A DNA stretch of 64,000 nucleotides, taken from contig PRDH01000047.1 in NCBI GenBank assembly GCA_003345545.1, positions 1 through 64,000 on the forward strand, written 5' to 3'. The position numbers and the translations under genes were made by a program. Under the pieces are notes generated by a model that was not told where the DNA came from, ran no database searches, and saw only the letters and a list, made by a program, of their open reading frames with translations. The stretch is from Candidatus Thorarchaeota archaeon. GTDB lineage: Archaea > Asgardarchaeota > Thorarchaeia > Thorarchaeales > Thorarchaeaceae. Positions within the stretch are counted from its first letter, which is position 1. Each line of letters starts with the position of its first letter. Positions 10,501 to 19,850 of the stretch are shown in pieces.

Positions 10501-10625
10501 CAGTGATTCGTGCTATTCTTCTCAAACGTACCTCTAAAGACAGTGCATATTGACTCGACTTCTTTGAGGCATCGGTCAAGGACATAGTGGCCACTAGTCC
10601 TTGCCCAAGAATGTCATACTTGTGA
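10501..10625 (-). pseudogene. Decayed copy of the 3' end of the nucleotidyltransferase-like gene at 12065-12982
   Basis: Translates WARTSGHYVLDRCLKEVES versus intact WATTSGYYVLHQCLREAES; DNA aligns to about 12021-12152. Confidence 0.85.
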
Positions 10626-10698
10626 CTGTGATATTCTGGAGGGATTGATGCATTGGAGTGCCAAATGTTCTCTCAAATGTAAATGCAGAGAATAGAAG

Positions 10699-11964
10699 TT
10701 GCAGACCGTTATCGAGAGAGACCGGGATGTGAGTAGAGCTGAATCCAAAAGTAGAAGCTTTTTCTGCTTCTATGATATTGTTCTAAAGCAGAGTCACCCG
10801 AAATGTGACAGGAGTGGAGCTCCTATCCTCCAAGATTACGTAGCAGCGTCTGTCGGCATAATAGGGCTCACATTCACCATATTAGTATGCTGTGTACTAC
10901 TTCGTGAAGTGGCTCCAAAAAAGCAGAAAGAAGACTCACTAGAAGTCGAATGGGGTGATAGGCATTCACTGCCTCCGTATCTGCAGAAAGAGATTGAGAG
11001 GACTGCAAGCCCAACAGGTGGCTTAATGGATCTCCCGGCATGGCGGCCCGTTGATCAGTGGAGGACGCGCTCAACAGAAACCCTCACGCCCGAGAAACGA
11101 CCAATACCTGGTGTTGCTCGTTCGCTAGCGGCCTATGGTTCATATTCACGGGATGAACAGCAGTCTGTGAAGGCGGTACGTGGAGGGGAATTCGTTGGCA
11201 ACCGGATGCGATTCAAGGTCAAGGTGTTGAATGAATCCAAGTACACAATAACGGATGTGAGAGTCTTTCTCATCTCATACCCATCAGAATCGCTAAGACT
11301 AGTTGATGAGGATGACCACGCATATTACTCAAAGATCGAACCGAGCGGTTTTCGAAGTCCCTCGTTCGATTTTTTGCCCACCCACGACTGTGTTAAAGGA
11401 GAAATCAGTGCAGGAGTGTCGTACGTTGACATGAAGGGGCAGCCTCACACATTGACCACCAAACCGTTCGTCATTCGCTCAGTCTGCGACCTACTCATAC
11501 CAGATCAGATAGATCCGAAGGAGTTCGCACTCAGGCTCAAGCAACTCGAGTGCGGTGAGATTGTCGTAAAGGTCACTGATTGGACACCTGAAGAGATGTA
11601 TGAGAAGGCATTGCATATCGTTGAAGATGCGAACTTCTTTGAGGTGATCAGCAATATTGAAACGAAAGATGGCATCATTCATGCGAGAATCAGCGGACTT
11701 GCTAAAGGGAAATTCACAGGCAAGAGCGTTGCAGCGGAGTTGCATATCAAAGGGCCCTCGGGCAAGAAGGGAGCCAGCTGTAAGGTAAAGGTCTCAGGTG
11801 AAGACCAAGCAATGATCTTGCCTGCAATAGATGATCTACGGGAGCGCCTGAACGCTTGGTTATGTCCCATGTGTTCAAGTCCGTTGACGCTCGAGAACGT
11901 GGAACAACTCAAGGATGGGAAAACGGTAGTCTGTCAGTTCTGCAGGGTCTCAATTGGACGCTAG
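10699..11964 (+). CDS. Membrane-anchored protein with beta-COP/adaptin appendage-like (Ig-sandwich + platform) domains and C-terminal Zn ribbon; start uncertain
   Basis: TM helix VAASVGIIGLTFTILVCCVLL; pattern FKVKVLNES.TITDV..F..LRLVD..IEP..G.I...VSY..DLLIP..IDPKEF; CPMC/CQFC at the end. Confidence 0.65.
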   Translation: MQTVIERDRDVSRAESKSRSFFCFYDIVLKQSHPKCDRSGAPILQDYVAASVGIIGLTFTILVCCVLLREVAPKKQKEDSLEVEWGDRHSLPPYLQKEIERTASPTGGLMDLPAWRPVDQWRTRSTETLTPEKRPIPGVARSLAAYGSYSRDEQQSVKAVRGGEFVGNRMRFKVKVLNESKYTITDVRVFLISYPSESLRLVDEDDHAYYSKIEPSGFRSPSFDFLPTHDCVKGEISAGVSYVDMKGQPHTLTTKPFVIRSVCDLLIPDQIDPKEFALRLKQLECGEIVVKVTDWTPEEMYEKALHIVEDANFFEVISNIETKDGIIHARISGLAKGKFTGKSVAAELHIKGPSGKKGASCKVKVSGEDQAMILPAIDDLRERLNAWLCPMCSSPLTLENVEQLKDGKTVVCQFCRVSIGR

Positions 11965-12064
11965 AAGTATTGGCAAGCTCATAGAATAGCAGAAACTACA
12001 TATGAGTGCTGGAGTTGATCCAGTGATTTGTCTTTTCGTGCCCGAGAACGGCATCCCCGAATAC

Positions 12065-12982
12065 CTAGTGCATAGACTCAGCTTCTCTGAGGCATTGGTG
12101 AAGGACATAGTAGCCGCTAGTTGTAGCCCATCTAAAGTCGTCAGAACTTGTGAAGCCTGAGAGAAATAGGTTCCACCCAGCCATGTAGAAGTCTTGGTAG
12201 CGGCGGGCAATCTCATTGTAGCCTTGCGCACATAGCTCCTGTGCAATATGAGTCCGATTCCAAGACCAGACATCTAGTGGGTCGTCTGCAGTTTGTGTGA
12301 GCAGTCGAACCGGACCAGGGGATACTCTCCAAGTCATTTCACGGATGATTGCCCAGAAATCCAATCCAGACCTGTCCGCCACCCTAGATGGTATCTTGGC
12401 CACAAATTCTGAAAGAGAGAGAAGATTCTCTAGATCGATACTTCGTATCCTATCAGTCGATGGGAATACAGGTTCAGAGAGCCGACCAATCAGGACTCTT
12501 ACATCACGCTTGCGAGGTGGAACATATTCCAGATCCTCAATCAACTTGTCGACCAAACTAAGCTGGCTTCGAGGGATGTGAAGATGGTCAGGTTTCAGCT
12601 CTGTGAATCTGTCTTCGTAATGTTTGGACAGGCACATGGAATCTTGAAAAGGATCCTCCGAGTACGGGAACAGATCTGCTTCACCATCGAGCTTGATGTG
12701 GATATCGACGTCACTAATTGTTGGCACGTAGTCAATAGGGGATTCCCATGGTTTCACCGCGGAACCCTTCGCATACGCGCACTTCACGTGGTCACCTAGT
12801 GTTTCGACCAATACGGATACCCAAGAATCGAGACATACCTTGATGTCATCCCTTGCCTTCTCTGCTAACGTATCCCAGTCAAACACGGATACCAAAACTC
12901 CCAGATTGAAGAAAACCGTTCCGGTCGCTTTTTGTGGATTTTGGTCATGCACCACAAGAACAATTAGGGGGCTATCTGCCAA
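12065..12982 (-). CDS. Pol-beta superfamily nucleotidyltransferase-like protein (true start probably downstream of the listed TTG)
   Basis: YAKGSA...SDVDIHI matches hG[GS]...DxD. Confidence 0.65.
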   Translation of the reverse strand: MADSPLIVLVVHDQNPQKATGTVFFNLGVLVSVFDWDTLAEKARDDIKVCLDSWVSVLVETLGDHVKCAYAKGSAVKPWESPIDYVPTISDVDIHIKLDGEADLFPYSEDPFQDSMCLSKHYEDRFTELKPDHLHIPRSQLSLVDKLIEDLEYVPPRKRDVRVLIGRLSEPVFPSTDRIRSIDLENLLSLSEFVAKIPSRVADRSGLDFWAIIREMTWRVSPGPVRLLTQTADDPLDVWSWNRTHIAQELCAQGYNEIARRYQDFYMAGWNLFLSGFTSSDDFRWATTSGYYVLHQCLREAESMH

Positions 12983-13037
12983 TTGAGAGAACTTCCAGCA
13001 TAGTCCGCTGACTATAGACCGTGTGATGATGCGCTAG

Positions 13038-14486
13038 ATGACACCGACTGCTATCTTCCGTGAACCAGCTACTGCAAAGACACCCGGTCCGTACAGAGTA
13101 GTAGGTGCAACAAGCTTCGGGGTCTTCCTCGGCGCGCTAGACGCTTCCATTGTCAATGTATCGCTTGTGACCATGATGGATAGCTTCGGAACAACAATTG
13201 ACGCAATTCAGTGGGTCGTCGTCGCGTATCTCTTGGCCTTAACATCCACGATGCCTCTCATGGGCAAATTTGGAGACCGCTATGGAAAGAAGAGAATCTT
13301 CCAAATGGGCATGCTCGTGTTTACATTGGGATCGTTTGGTTGTGCCATATCTATCGGACTAGCGATGCTTGTCATAGCTCGCATTTTTCAGGCACTTGGC
13401 GCAGCAATGATTACCGCAAACGGACTGGCACTAGTAACATATTTCACCACACCTCAAAATAGAGGCAGAGCAATTGGACTCAACTCAGTTGTTCTCGCTG
13501 CAGCCCTCGGTAGCGGACCAGTTCTTGGCGGAATTCTAACACAGCTGTTTGGCTGGCCAAGCATATTCTTGGTGAATGTTCCAGTAGGAATCATGGGGCT
13601 CTTCATAGTTCAAGTAGCAGTTCCTCGGACCGAGAAGGTCCAAGAAACTCGCTTTGATGTGATTGGCGCAGGGCTATTCTTCAGTTTCCTGTTCTTGGTC
13701 ATCTACTACGTCACGGTAGCCACTACATCACAGGTAGCCACTCGCTTCGTCCTTATCGCTGGAGCACTCATCACCTTTGTCGGATTCATAATCAGAGAAA
13801 AGACCTTTGAGTCACCAGTAATCTCGATAGATGTCCTCACAGACAAGAGAATCTCAGTCAGCATCTTCTCTGCTCTCCTAGCTTACATGTCGATGGTCCC
13901 TGTTTCATTCTTGCTTCCGTTCTATCTTCAAGAGGCATTGGGTTTCAGCCAAATAATCACTGGCGTCTTTCTTGTCATCCAGCCCATTATGATCTCAGTC
14001 ACAGGGCCGTTTGCTGGTCTTGTATCAGAGAGGGTCAATGCTCAGGTCCAGACAACTGTCGGGCTCATTGTTCAGTTGAGCGGGCTTGTGATTCTCGCGC
14101 TGACGATTCCGAATGTTTTTGGGATGGGCGTCGGAGTGGCAATCATGGGGACAGGCCTCTCATTCTTCAGTGTGGCAAATGGAAACTTCATCATGACGTC
14201 AGCACCAAAGAAGTACATGGGTGTCGTTAGCGCACTCACAAACTTGGCAAGAACGACGGGCTTTTCGATTGCCACTGCACTAGTCACAACCGTCTTCGGA
14301 GTCTTTTTCCTGACCTACAACCCATGGGGATTCGAGTCAGGTCCACTCTTTGTGGCAGGCTACAGTCGAGCCCTCCAATCCAGTATCTGGATCTTCTCTG
14401 CGCTGACATTGATTGCAGCAGTCATCTCAACGATTAGGGGATTGAACAAGGCCGAAGAGGAGCGGGTCGAAACAAGAGCCGTCTAG
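13038..14486 (+). CDS. MFS transporter, DHA2 (EmrB/QacA) type
   Basis: LDASIVNVSL, GKFGDRYGKKR, GPVLGG..GWPSIFLVNVPVG; about 14 TM helices. Confidence 0.92.
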   Translation: MTPTAIFREPATAKTPGPYRVVGATSFGVFLGALDASIVNVSLVTMMDSFGTTIDAIQWVVVAYLLALTSTMPLMGKFGDRYGKKRIFQMGMLVFTLGSFGCAISIGLAMLVIARIFQALGAAMITANGLALVTYFTTPQNRGRAIGLNSVVLAAALGSGPVLGGILTQLFGWPSIFLVNVPVGIMGLFIVQVAVPRTEKVQETRFDVIGAGLFFSFLFLVIYYVTVATTSQVATRFVLIAGALITFVGFIIREKTFESPVISIDVLTDKRISVSIFSALLAYMSMVPVSFLLPFYLQEALGFSQIITGVFLVIQPIMISVTGPFAGLVSERVNAQVQTTVGLIVQLSGLVILALTIPNVFGMGVGVAIMGTGLSFFSVANGNFIMTSAPKKYMGVVSALTNLARTTGFSIATALVTTVFGVFFLTYNPWGFESGPLFVAGYSRALQSSIWIFSALTLIAAVISTIRGLNKAEEERVETRAV

Positions 14487-14497
14487 ATCGTACTCCT

Positions 14498-15841
14498 TCA
14501 GAGCCCAAACTCATCTGCAATGAACAGGACTCTTCTGCGAAAGTCGGGATGGTCTGAGTTCAGCATATTGACGCCAACCTCACTGTCAAATAGCATTTTC
14601 TTCGGCTGAGCCCGCAGCAACTTCAGTAGTTCTGCCAACTCCTCTGAAGAGAGGCGTCGGTCTTGGTCGTAATCGACCTTCCTCCAGTCAACAACATTCA
14701 TGTCCCTTGTTGTTTTTGATACAGGTTTGGTGTCATTTCGAATCTTGAGGAGGGGCTGAATAGTGGGCTCCACAGCATCTTTGACCTGCTCATCACTCAG
14801 CTGAACACCATACACCTCTCTCAAATGCCTGAGCTTGGTCGATAGGAAAACCCATGGCGAAATCTCGCGAGCATTTCGCTCGTCGATACCATCCAGAGGG
14901 TACTGACTAATCATCCTCATGAGCTCAGCATTGGATATCGGGCCAACTCTCTCAGGATTGAGAGACTCAAGCCAGCGAATTTCATCAACAAGAACAGTTA
15001 TAGCTTCAACGCGTTGTCCTAGTCGTATCAGAGAGTTGATGGTAGCCTCATGACCAAGCACTGTGGCGGCATGATGGTCAGACATAAGCTCTGCAGCTCT
15101 TGATGCTCTCTGCATGAAGTAGTTCGAGAGCAGGGTAAGTATTCTAGAGAGAATGAAGAATGCTAGTAGTACGACTGCCCTGACTGCCGTGGAAAACAGG
15201 TCACCATCAACTAGGAGAGAATCCGCGATAGCCAAGACAAGCCGGACATAGATATACAGGTAGATGAGGTCAATGAAAATGGAAGGCATTCGCACAAAGA
15301 TCGTGACAATCGAGTCCCGATTCTTTATGTGACCGAGCTCATGAGCTATTACAGCTTGCATCTCTTCTTCATTCAAAATCTCCAGAGTATTGCTGTGAAC
15401 AACCACAGTGGAGCCCAGAAGAGGAAGACTGAATGTGTAAGCATTTGGAATAGGCGACGCCATTAGATAGACCTTATCGACTGAAACCTCGCTCTTCTTC
15501 GCCAAATCGAGCGTCCACTTGACTATGCTATCGCGGCTGTACTTGCGCCTCCAGGGAACCTCCTTGTTGAATCGTGGATAGAGCTCTATCAAATTGGAGC
15601 TTCGCATCATCTGAGCAACAGAGGAATACAGTAGTACAAGCTGCATTAGTGCAATGCTGAAGAACAATGCTGCCGAAGCAAGGGGGTTTGTTCGGGCGAA
15701 GTTAATGCCTACGACGAAGAGTGTATCATCATCAAGGTAAAGCAAAGATACAATGAGTATTTGTATGAAGTCCATAATCAGGAAAGCATAGATAGCATTC
15801 CACTTATCACGCGAGACTTCTTCAATCATGGACAACACCAA
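14498..15841 (-). CDS. M48 (HtpX-like) membrane zinc metalloprotease with C-terminal EF-hand-like motif
   Basis: PNAY, AVIAHELGH, SRAAELMSD, C-terminal DHPDFRRR; loop DYDQDRRLSSEE. Confidence 0.85.
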   Translation of the reverse strand: MVLSMIEEVSRDKWNAIYAFLIMDFIQILIVSLLYLDDDTLFVVGINFARTNPLASAALFFSIALMQLVLLYSSVAQMMRSSNLIELYPRFNKEVPWRRKYSRDSIVKWTLDLAKKSEVSVDKVYLMASPIPNAYTFSLPLLGSTVVVHSNTLEILNEEEMQAVIAHELGHIKNRDSIVTIFVRMPSIFIDLIYLYIYVRLVLAIADSLLVDGDLFSTAVRAVVLLAFFILSRILTLLSNYFMQRASRAAELMSDHHAATVLGHEATINSLIRLGQRVEAITVLVDEIRWLESLNPERVGPISNAELMRMISQYPLDGIDERNAREISPWVFLSTKLRHLREVYGVQLSDEQVKDAVEPTIQPLLKIRNDTKPVSKTTRDMNVVDWRKVDYDQDRRLSSEELAELLKLLRAQPKKMLFDSEVGVNMLNSDHPDFRRRVLFIADEFGL

Positions 15842-15938
15842 AATTCATCAGCATCGCACTGACAACTCTCGGAACCAGATTATTTGAATTCTGCGGTGGG
15901 TCCCATAGTCTTTATCATCAGGCGTAACTAGTGGAAGT

Positions 15939-17381
15939 TTGGCGTCTACAATGAGAGATGGGATGGATTTAGCGGAATACTGTATCGAGTTCGGACAAGG
16001 CCTCGGATGCAGCTATGTTGAAGCCAGATATGTCAGAGATCTGGCACGAGGGATGGCATTCAGGAACGGAGAACCAGTGTCAGGAGGTTACTCCCCCTCC
16101 TCTGGTATTGGAGTGCGCGTCCTTGTGAACGGAAACATGGGCTTTGCATCATTTGACAGATTCGAGAAGAGCCTAGCAGAGGAGTCTATCACAACTGCCT
16201 TCAGAATCGCAAAGAATGCCAAGAGGAAGATACCTATTGATCTTGGAAAGCCGATCTCCAACAAAGCAAAATGGAAGATGAAGGCAAAAGAACCACTCAC
16301 TGATGTTGATTCGGATACAATGATGCAGTTCACTACTGATACGAACAAACAGATGGAGGGGCTTGCAGCCTACGTATTCATGTTCAACCCCAAGGTGATT
16401 GACAAGTATTTTGTTACAAATGAAGGCGCTCAGATCGAGAGCCAATTATCCTACATCCTCATGTCCTCGACCCTAACCGCTCAGGCGCCAGGAGGTTCAG
16501 AGCAGAAATATCTTGACCTGACACTTGCCGGAGGATGGGAACGAATCCGAGAGTCTGATTGTCTTGAGCATCTCAAGGACGAGGTTGCGCGGTTGAGGAG
16601 GGCGGCTGAAACAGCTGTTAGGGTTGATGAGCTATTGAGCCAGCCGATTGACATGATTGTTGGGCCTCAGGTATCAGGCATCATGGCACATGAGAATGTC
16701 GGTCATCCAAGCGAGGGGGATCGTATCATGGGCAGAGAGGGAGCGCAGGCAGGAGAGAGCTTCTGGAGGGACCTCAAAATTGGGGAATCGCGCGTGGGGT
16801 CTAGTGCGGTGAATGTCTGCGAGAATCCGACAATCGAGAAGACATCCGGCTACTACCTCTATGATGATGAGGGAGTGAAGTCGCGAAAGCGGCAACTCAT
16901 CAAAAAGGGAATAATCAATGAACCACTCTTGAATAGAGAATTTGGTACGAGATTCGGAAGAGGCTCAAACGCAGCGGCACGTGCTTCAGCGTACAATAGA
17001 GAGCCAATAATCCGGATGGCGAACACCTATTTCGAACCAGGCGATTACTCCTTCGAAGAGCTCGTTGAGGACGTCAAGTTGGGAGTCTATATGAGAAGTT
17101 TCCAAGAGTGGAATATCGACGACAGACGATACCAAGCCAAGTATACAGGCTCCGAAGCCTATCTTATCAGAAATGGTGAGATAACGAACACGATGGTCAA
17201 GAGGCCTATCATGGAAACAACGAGCGTTGGAATGTTGAGTGCAGTTGATGCAGTCTCAAAGAATCTAGTCTTTGATTTCCCAGGAACATGCGGAAAGAGC
17301 GACCCCATGCAAGGAATTCCTGTCTATGCGGGAGGCGGAGAGATTAGATTCAGAGGCATCAGACTTGGAGGTGTTGGCTGA
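15939..17381 (+). CDS. tldD: TldD metalloprotease
   Basis: GIGVRV, HENVGHPSEGD, YDDEGV, RMANTY, GTCGKSDPMQ. Confidence 0.93.
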   Translation: MASTMRDGMDLAEYCIEFGQGLGCSYVEARYVRDLARGMAFRNGEPVSGGYSPSSGIGVRVLVNGNMGFASFDRFEKSLAEESITTAFRIAKNAKRKIPIDLGKPISNKAKWKMKAKEPLTDVDSDTMMQFTTDTNKQMEGLAAYVFMFNPKVIDKYFVTNEGAQIESQLSYILMSSTLTAQAPGGSEQKYLDLTLAGGWERIRESDCLEHLKDEVARLRRAAETAVRVDELLSQPIDMIVGPQVSGIMAHENVGHPSEGDRIMGREGAQAGESFWRDLKIGESRVGSSAVNVCENPTIEKTSGYYLYDDEGVKSRKRQLIKKGIINEPLLNREFGTRFGRGSNAAARASAYNREPIIRMANTYFEPGDYSFEELVEDVKLGVYMRSFQEWNIDDRRYQAKYTGSEAYLIRNGEITNTMVKRPIMETTSVGMLSAVDAVSKNLVFDFPGTCGKSDPMQGIPVYAGGGEIRFRGIRLGGVG

Positions 17382-18760
17382 TGAAGAACACCGACCAACT
17401 GAAGACATTCGTTGACGAAGCTGTCGACTATGGTGCACGAAAGACTGACGCAATCATAGCACGCGTCACTAGGAAGAAGGACTCACAGATCCGATTCTCG
17501 CAGAGTGATATAGACATCAGCAATCGATGGAACAGCTTGCAGCTGGAGCTTTTCGTTTTGGTGAAGGGTAAGAAGACAGGTTCCACAGAGCGCCCCGTGG
17601 CTTCGATTGACGATGTCAGAAAGACTGTCGATGATGCAGTCACCTTCACAGGAATTCTGCCCGATTCAATGTTCTTTGCAGGACTAGAAGATAAGATAGG
17701 GTCTTATCCTAGATTGAAGGAGCAGTATGACAGTCGAATCGACGAATTTGTTGAAGAAGCCCCAGAAATCGTCAACTCTGTTGTGGACCAGGCCCTACAA
17801 GAGGGCGCGAAAAGAGTGGCAGGTGCCCTCATGGTCACAGACCAGACATTCCTCTTTCGGTCGAGTCATGGACCAGAAGGCTCAGGCAAAAGGACTACTT
17901 TCGACCTCAATGTCAGAGCGCTCCAGGATGAGCTGGACTACTCCGGACAGGGACTGGAGTGCGGAACCATGCCCACGAAATCGAAGAAGAAGATGCTCGC
18001 TGCAGGTGCTAAAGCGGGAAGACTATCGAAGCAGGCCATTGGAGCGGCGCAAGGCACTCCAGGCAAATACGACCTCGTACTGTCGCCAACTGTGGCAGCC
18101 AGTGTAATCGGCCTAATTCCAGCTCAAGCGAATCCGTTTCTGATCATGACGGGTATGTCACCACTGAAAGACCGCATGGGTGAGCAGATTGCACCCGAGT
18201 TCGTTACTGCCTATGAGGACCCCTTGTTCGAGGGAGGTCTTGGAAGTACTCCATTCGACTGGGAAGGCACTCCGAGCAAGACACTGGCTATCACCGATAG
18301 AGGAGTACTCAAGGCATTGGTTCACAACACAACAACAGCGAAACTCTTTGAGTCTGAGAGCACTGGGAGCTCAAGAATGGTAGTTCTAGGAATGGGAATG
18401 AAGATGCTTCTTCCGGGGCCGTCAAACGTCGTATTCGAGAACGGAGACCATAACCTAGAAGAGATTCTTGATGTCAGTAGACCAACAATCTATGTGACAT
18501 GCAACTGGTACTCACGATTCCAGAACCATCAGACAGGCGACTTCTCAACTATTCCGAGAGATGCCATGTTCCTCGTCAAGAGGGGCGAGATGAAGCCCAT
18601 CAAGAACATGCGTATTAGTGACAACACAATGAGGATGTTGGCAAATATCGATGCTCTCGGTAGCGACCGTACACAGGTCTTCTGGTGGGAGGTTCAGACG
18701 CCAACGGTCATACCTACAATGAGGATTCGTGACTGCAAAATGACAGCAGCAACACAATAG
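17381..18760 (+). CDS. pmbA: PmbA/TldE partner subunit
   Basis: Translationally coupled to tldD; PGKYDLVLSP, PFDWEGTP, GDFSTIPRD; lacks HExxH. Confidence 0.9.
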   Translation: MKNTDQLKTFVDEAVDYGARKTDAIIARVTRKKDSQIRFSQSDIDISNRWNSLQLELFVLVKGKKTGSTERPVASIDDVRKTVDDAVTFTGILPDSMFFAGLEDKIGSYPRLKEQYDSRIDEFVEEAPEIVNSVVDQALQEGAKRVAGALMVTDQTFLFRSSHGPEGSGKRTTFDLNVRALQDELDYSGQGLECGTMPTKSKKKMLAAGAKAGRLSKQAIGAAQGTPGKYDLVLSPTVAASVIGLIPAQANPFLIMTGMSPLKDRMGEQIAPEFVTAYEDPLFEGGLGSTPFDWEGTPSKTLAITDRGVLKALVHNTTTAKLFESESTGSSRMVVLGMGMKMLLPGPSNVVFENGDHNLEEILDVSRPTIYVTCNWYSRFQNHQTGDFSTIPRDAMFLVKRGEMKPIKNMRISDNTMRMLANIDALGSDRTQVFWWEVQTPTVIPTMRIRDCKMTAATQ

Positions 18761-18779
18761 ATCGCAATCAGATGTTGTG

Positions 18780-18800
18780 GCGGAGCCTCCGTGGCTCCGC
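18780..18800 (+). terminator. GC-rich hairpin after pmbA
   Basis: GCGGAGCC-TCCGT-GGCTCCGC, perfect 8-bp stem. Confidence 0.5.
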
Positions 18801-19043
18801 TCCTGTATTCAAGAGCAGTTTCGAAGCAGTTTGCCCTGTTCGATGTGTTTCGCATGATTTGATAGAATCTCCGAACATCGAGTCTGAGAGACACAAGCAG
18901 CAAGAAATCCTACAGTTTCTTCAGCTTACTTTTGATAATGGGATATAGAAACAGCTTCTGGCACTTCACTGGTTGTCGATTAAGATTTATTAGCCAGTTC
19001 GCCCTCATGTGACATGATTCGCATATGGTATCGGTGATGACTA

Positions 19044-19445
19044 ATGACAAGAATAATAGATATTGAAGGAATAGGTACATCAAATGCTCAGAAACTCAAA
19101 GCAGCCGGTATAGAGAGTACCGAGAAGCTATTGGATGTAGGCGGTTCTCCTCATGGTAGGGACGAACTGAGTAAGAAGATAGGCATAACGAGTAGCCAGA
19201 TTTTGGAATGGGTCAATCGAGCCGATTTGTACAGGATCAAAGGGGTTGGCAAGCAGTATTCTGATCTTCTTGAACAGGCAGGAGTCGATACTGTAGTTGA
19301 ACTCGCGCAAAGAGTTCCAGAGAACTTACACGCAAAGATGTTAGAAGTGAATAAGGCTAAGAAATTCGTTCAAAGACCGCCCTCCCTCAATGCCGTGAAG
19401 AAATGGGTAGGCCAGGCCAAGGCTCTACCTCGAAAAATCCAATGA
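19044..19445 (+). CDS. DUF4332 domain (tandem HhH) protein
   Basis: IDIEGIG, ADLYRIKGVGKQYSDLLEQAGVDTVVELAQR. Confidence 0.9.
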   Translation: MTRIIDIEGIGTSNAQKLKAAGIESTEKLLDVGGSPHGRDELSKKIGITSSQILEWVNRADLYRIKGVGKQYSDLLEQAGVDTVVELAQRVPENLHAKMLEVNKAKKFVQRPPSLNAVKKWVGQAKALPRKIQ

Positions 19446-19803
19446 AGCTCCTTGAGTGTAAGAGCACGATAGTTCAATAATGGCAGGTTTGGGCCTGGAA
19501 TGAAAACGTTTCTCCCAGGTCCAGCTCATATTGCCTTGAAGAGCTTATACTATTGCATCAAGAAACTGCTAGATGTAATCAGACCAACCATATGTACGAT
19601 ATGCAACTGGTATTTGCCTTTCTAAAGGAGGTCAGGTTCCTCTTCAAGAAGATGCACCTCAGTGATAATACGATGAAGACGCTTCCGAGCTAGATGCATT
19701 TACGGATGACTTTGGACAGGTGTTTCGGTAGGAAGCAAGGGCGATTATTGTCTTGCTAATAATAAGAATGGGAATCTGCAGAATGACTGCAGCAACGCAG
19801 TGA
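19442..19803 (+). pseudogene. Decayed copy of the 3' ~140 codons of pmbA/tldE
   Basis: Reads KLLECKST..GMKTFLPGP..LLDVIRPTICTICNWY..SDNTMK..QVF..CRMTAATQ* versus intact KLFESEST..GMKMLLPGP..ILDVSRPTIYVTCNWY..SDNTMR..QVF..CKMTAATQ* (18338-18760), with frameshifts, a stop and deletions. Confidence 0.92.
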
Positions 19804-19850
19804 GCAGTCATCATTCACTACTATATGACTTGATGAATGTGGGTACTGTC

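Noticed and set aside
19488-19525. Apparent terminator hairpin after DUF4332 (GGGCCTGG...CCAGGTCC)
   Set aside because: It lies within the pmbA remnant (G-P-G-M-K-T-F-L-P-G-P codons) and may be incidental, so it was not called.
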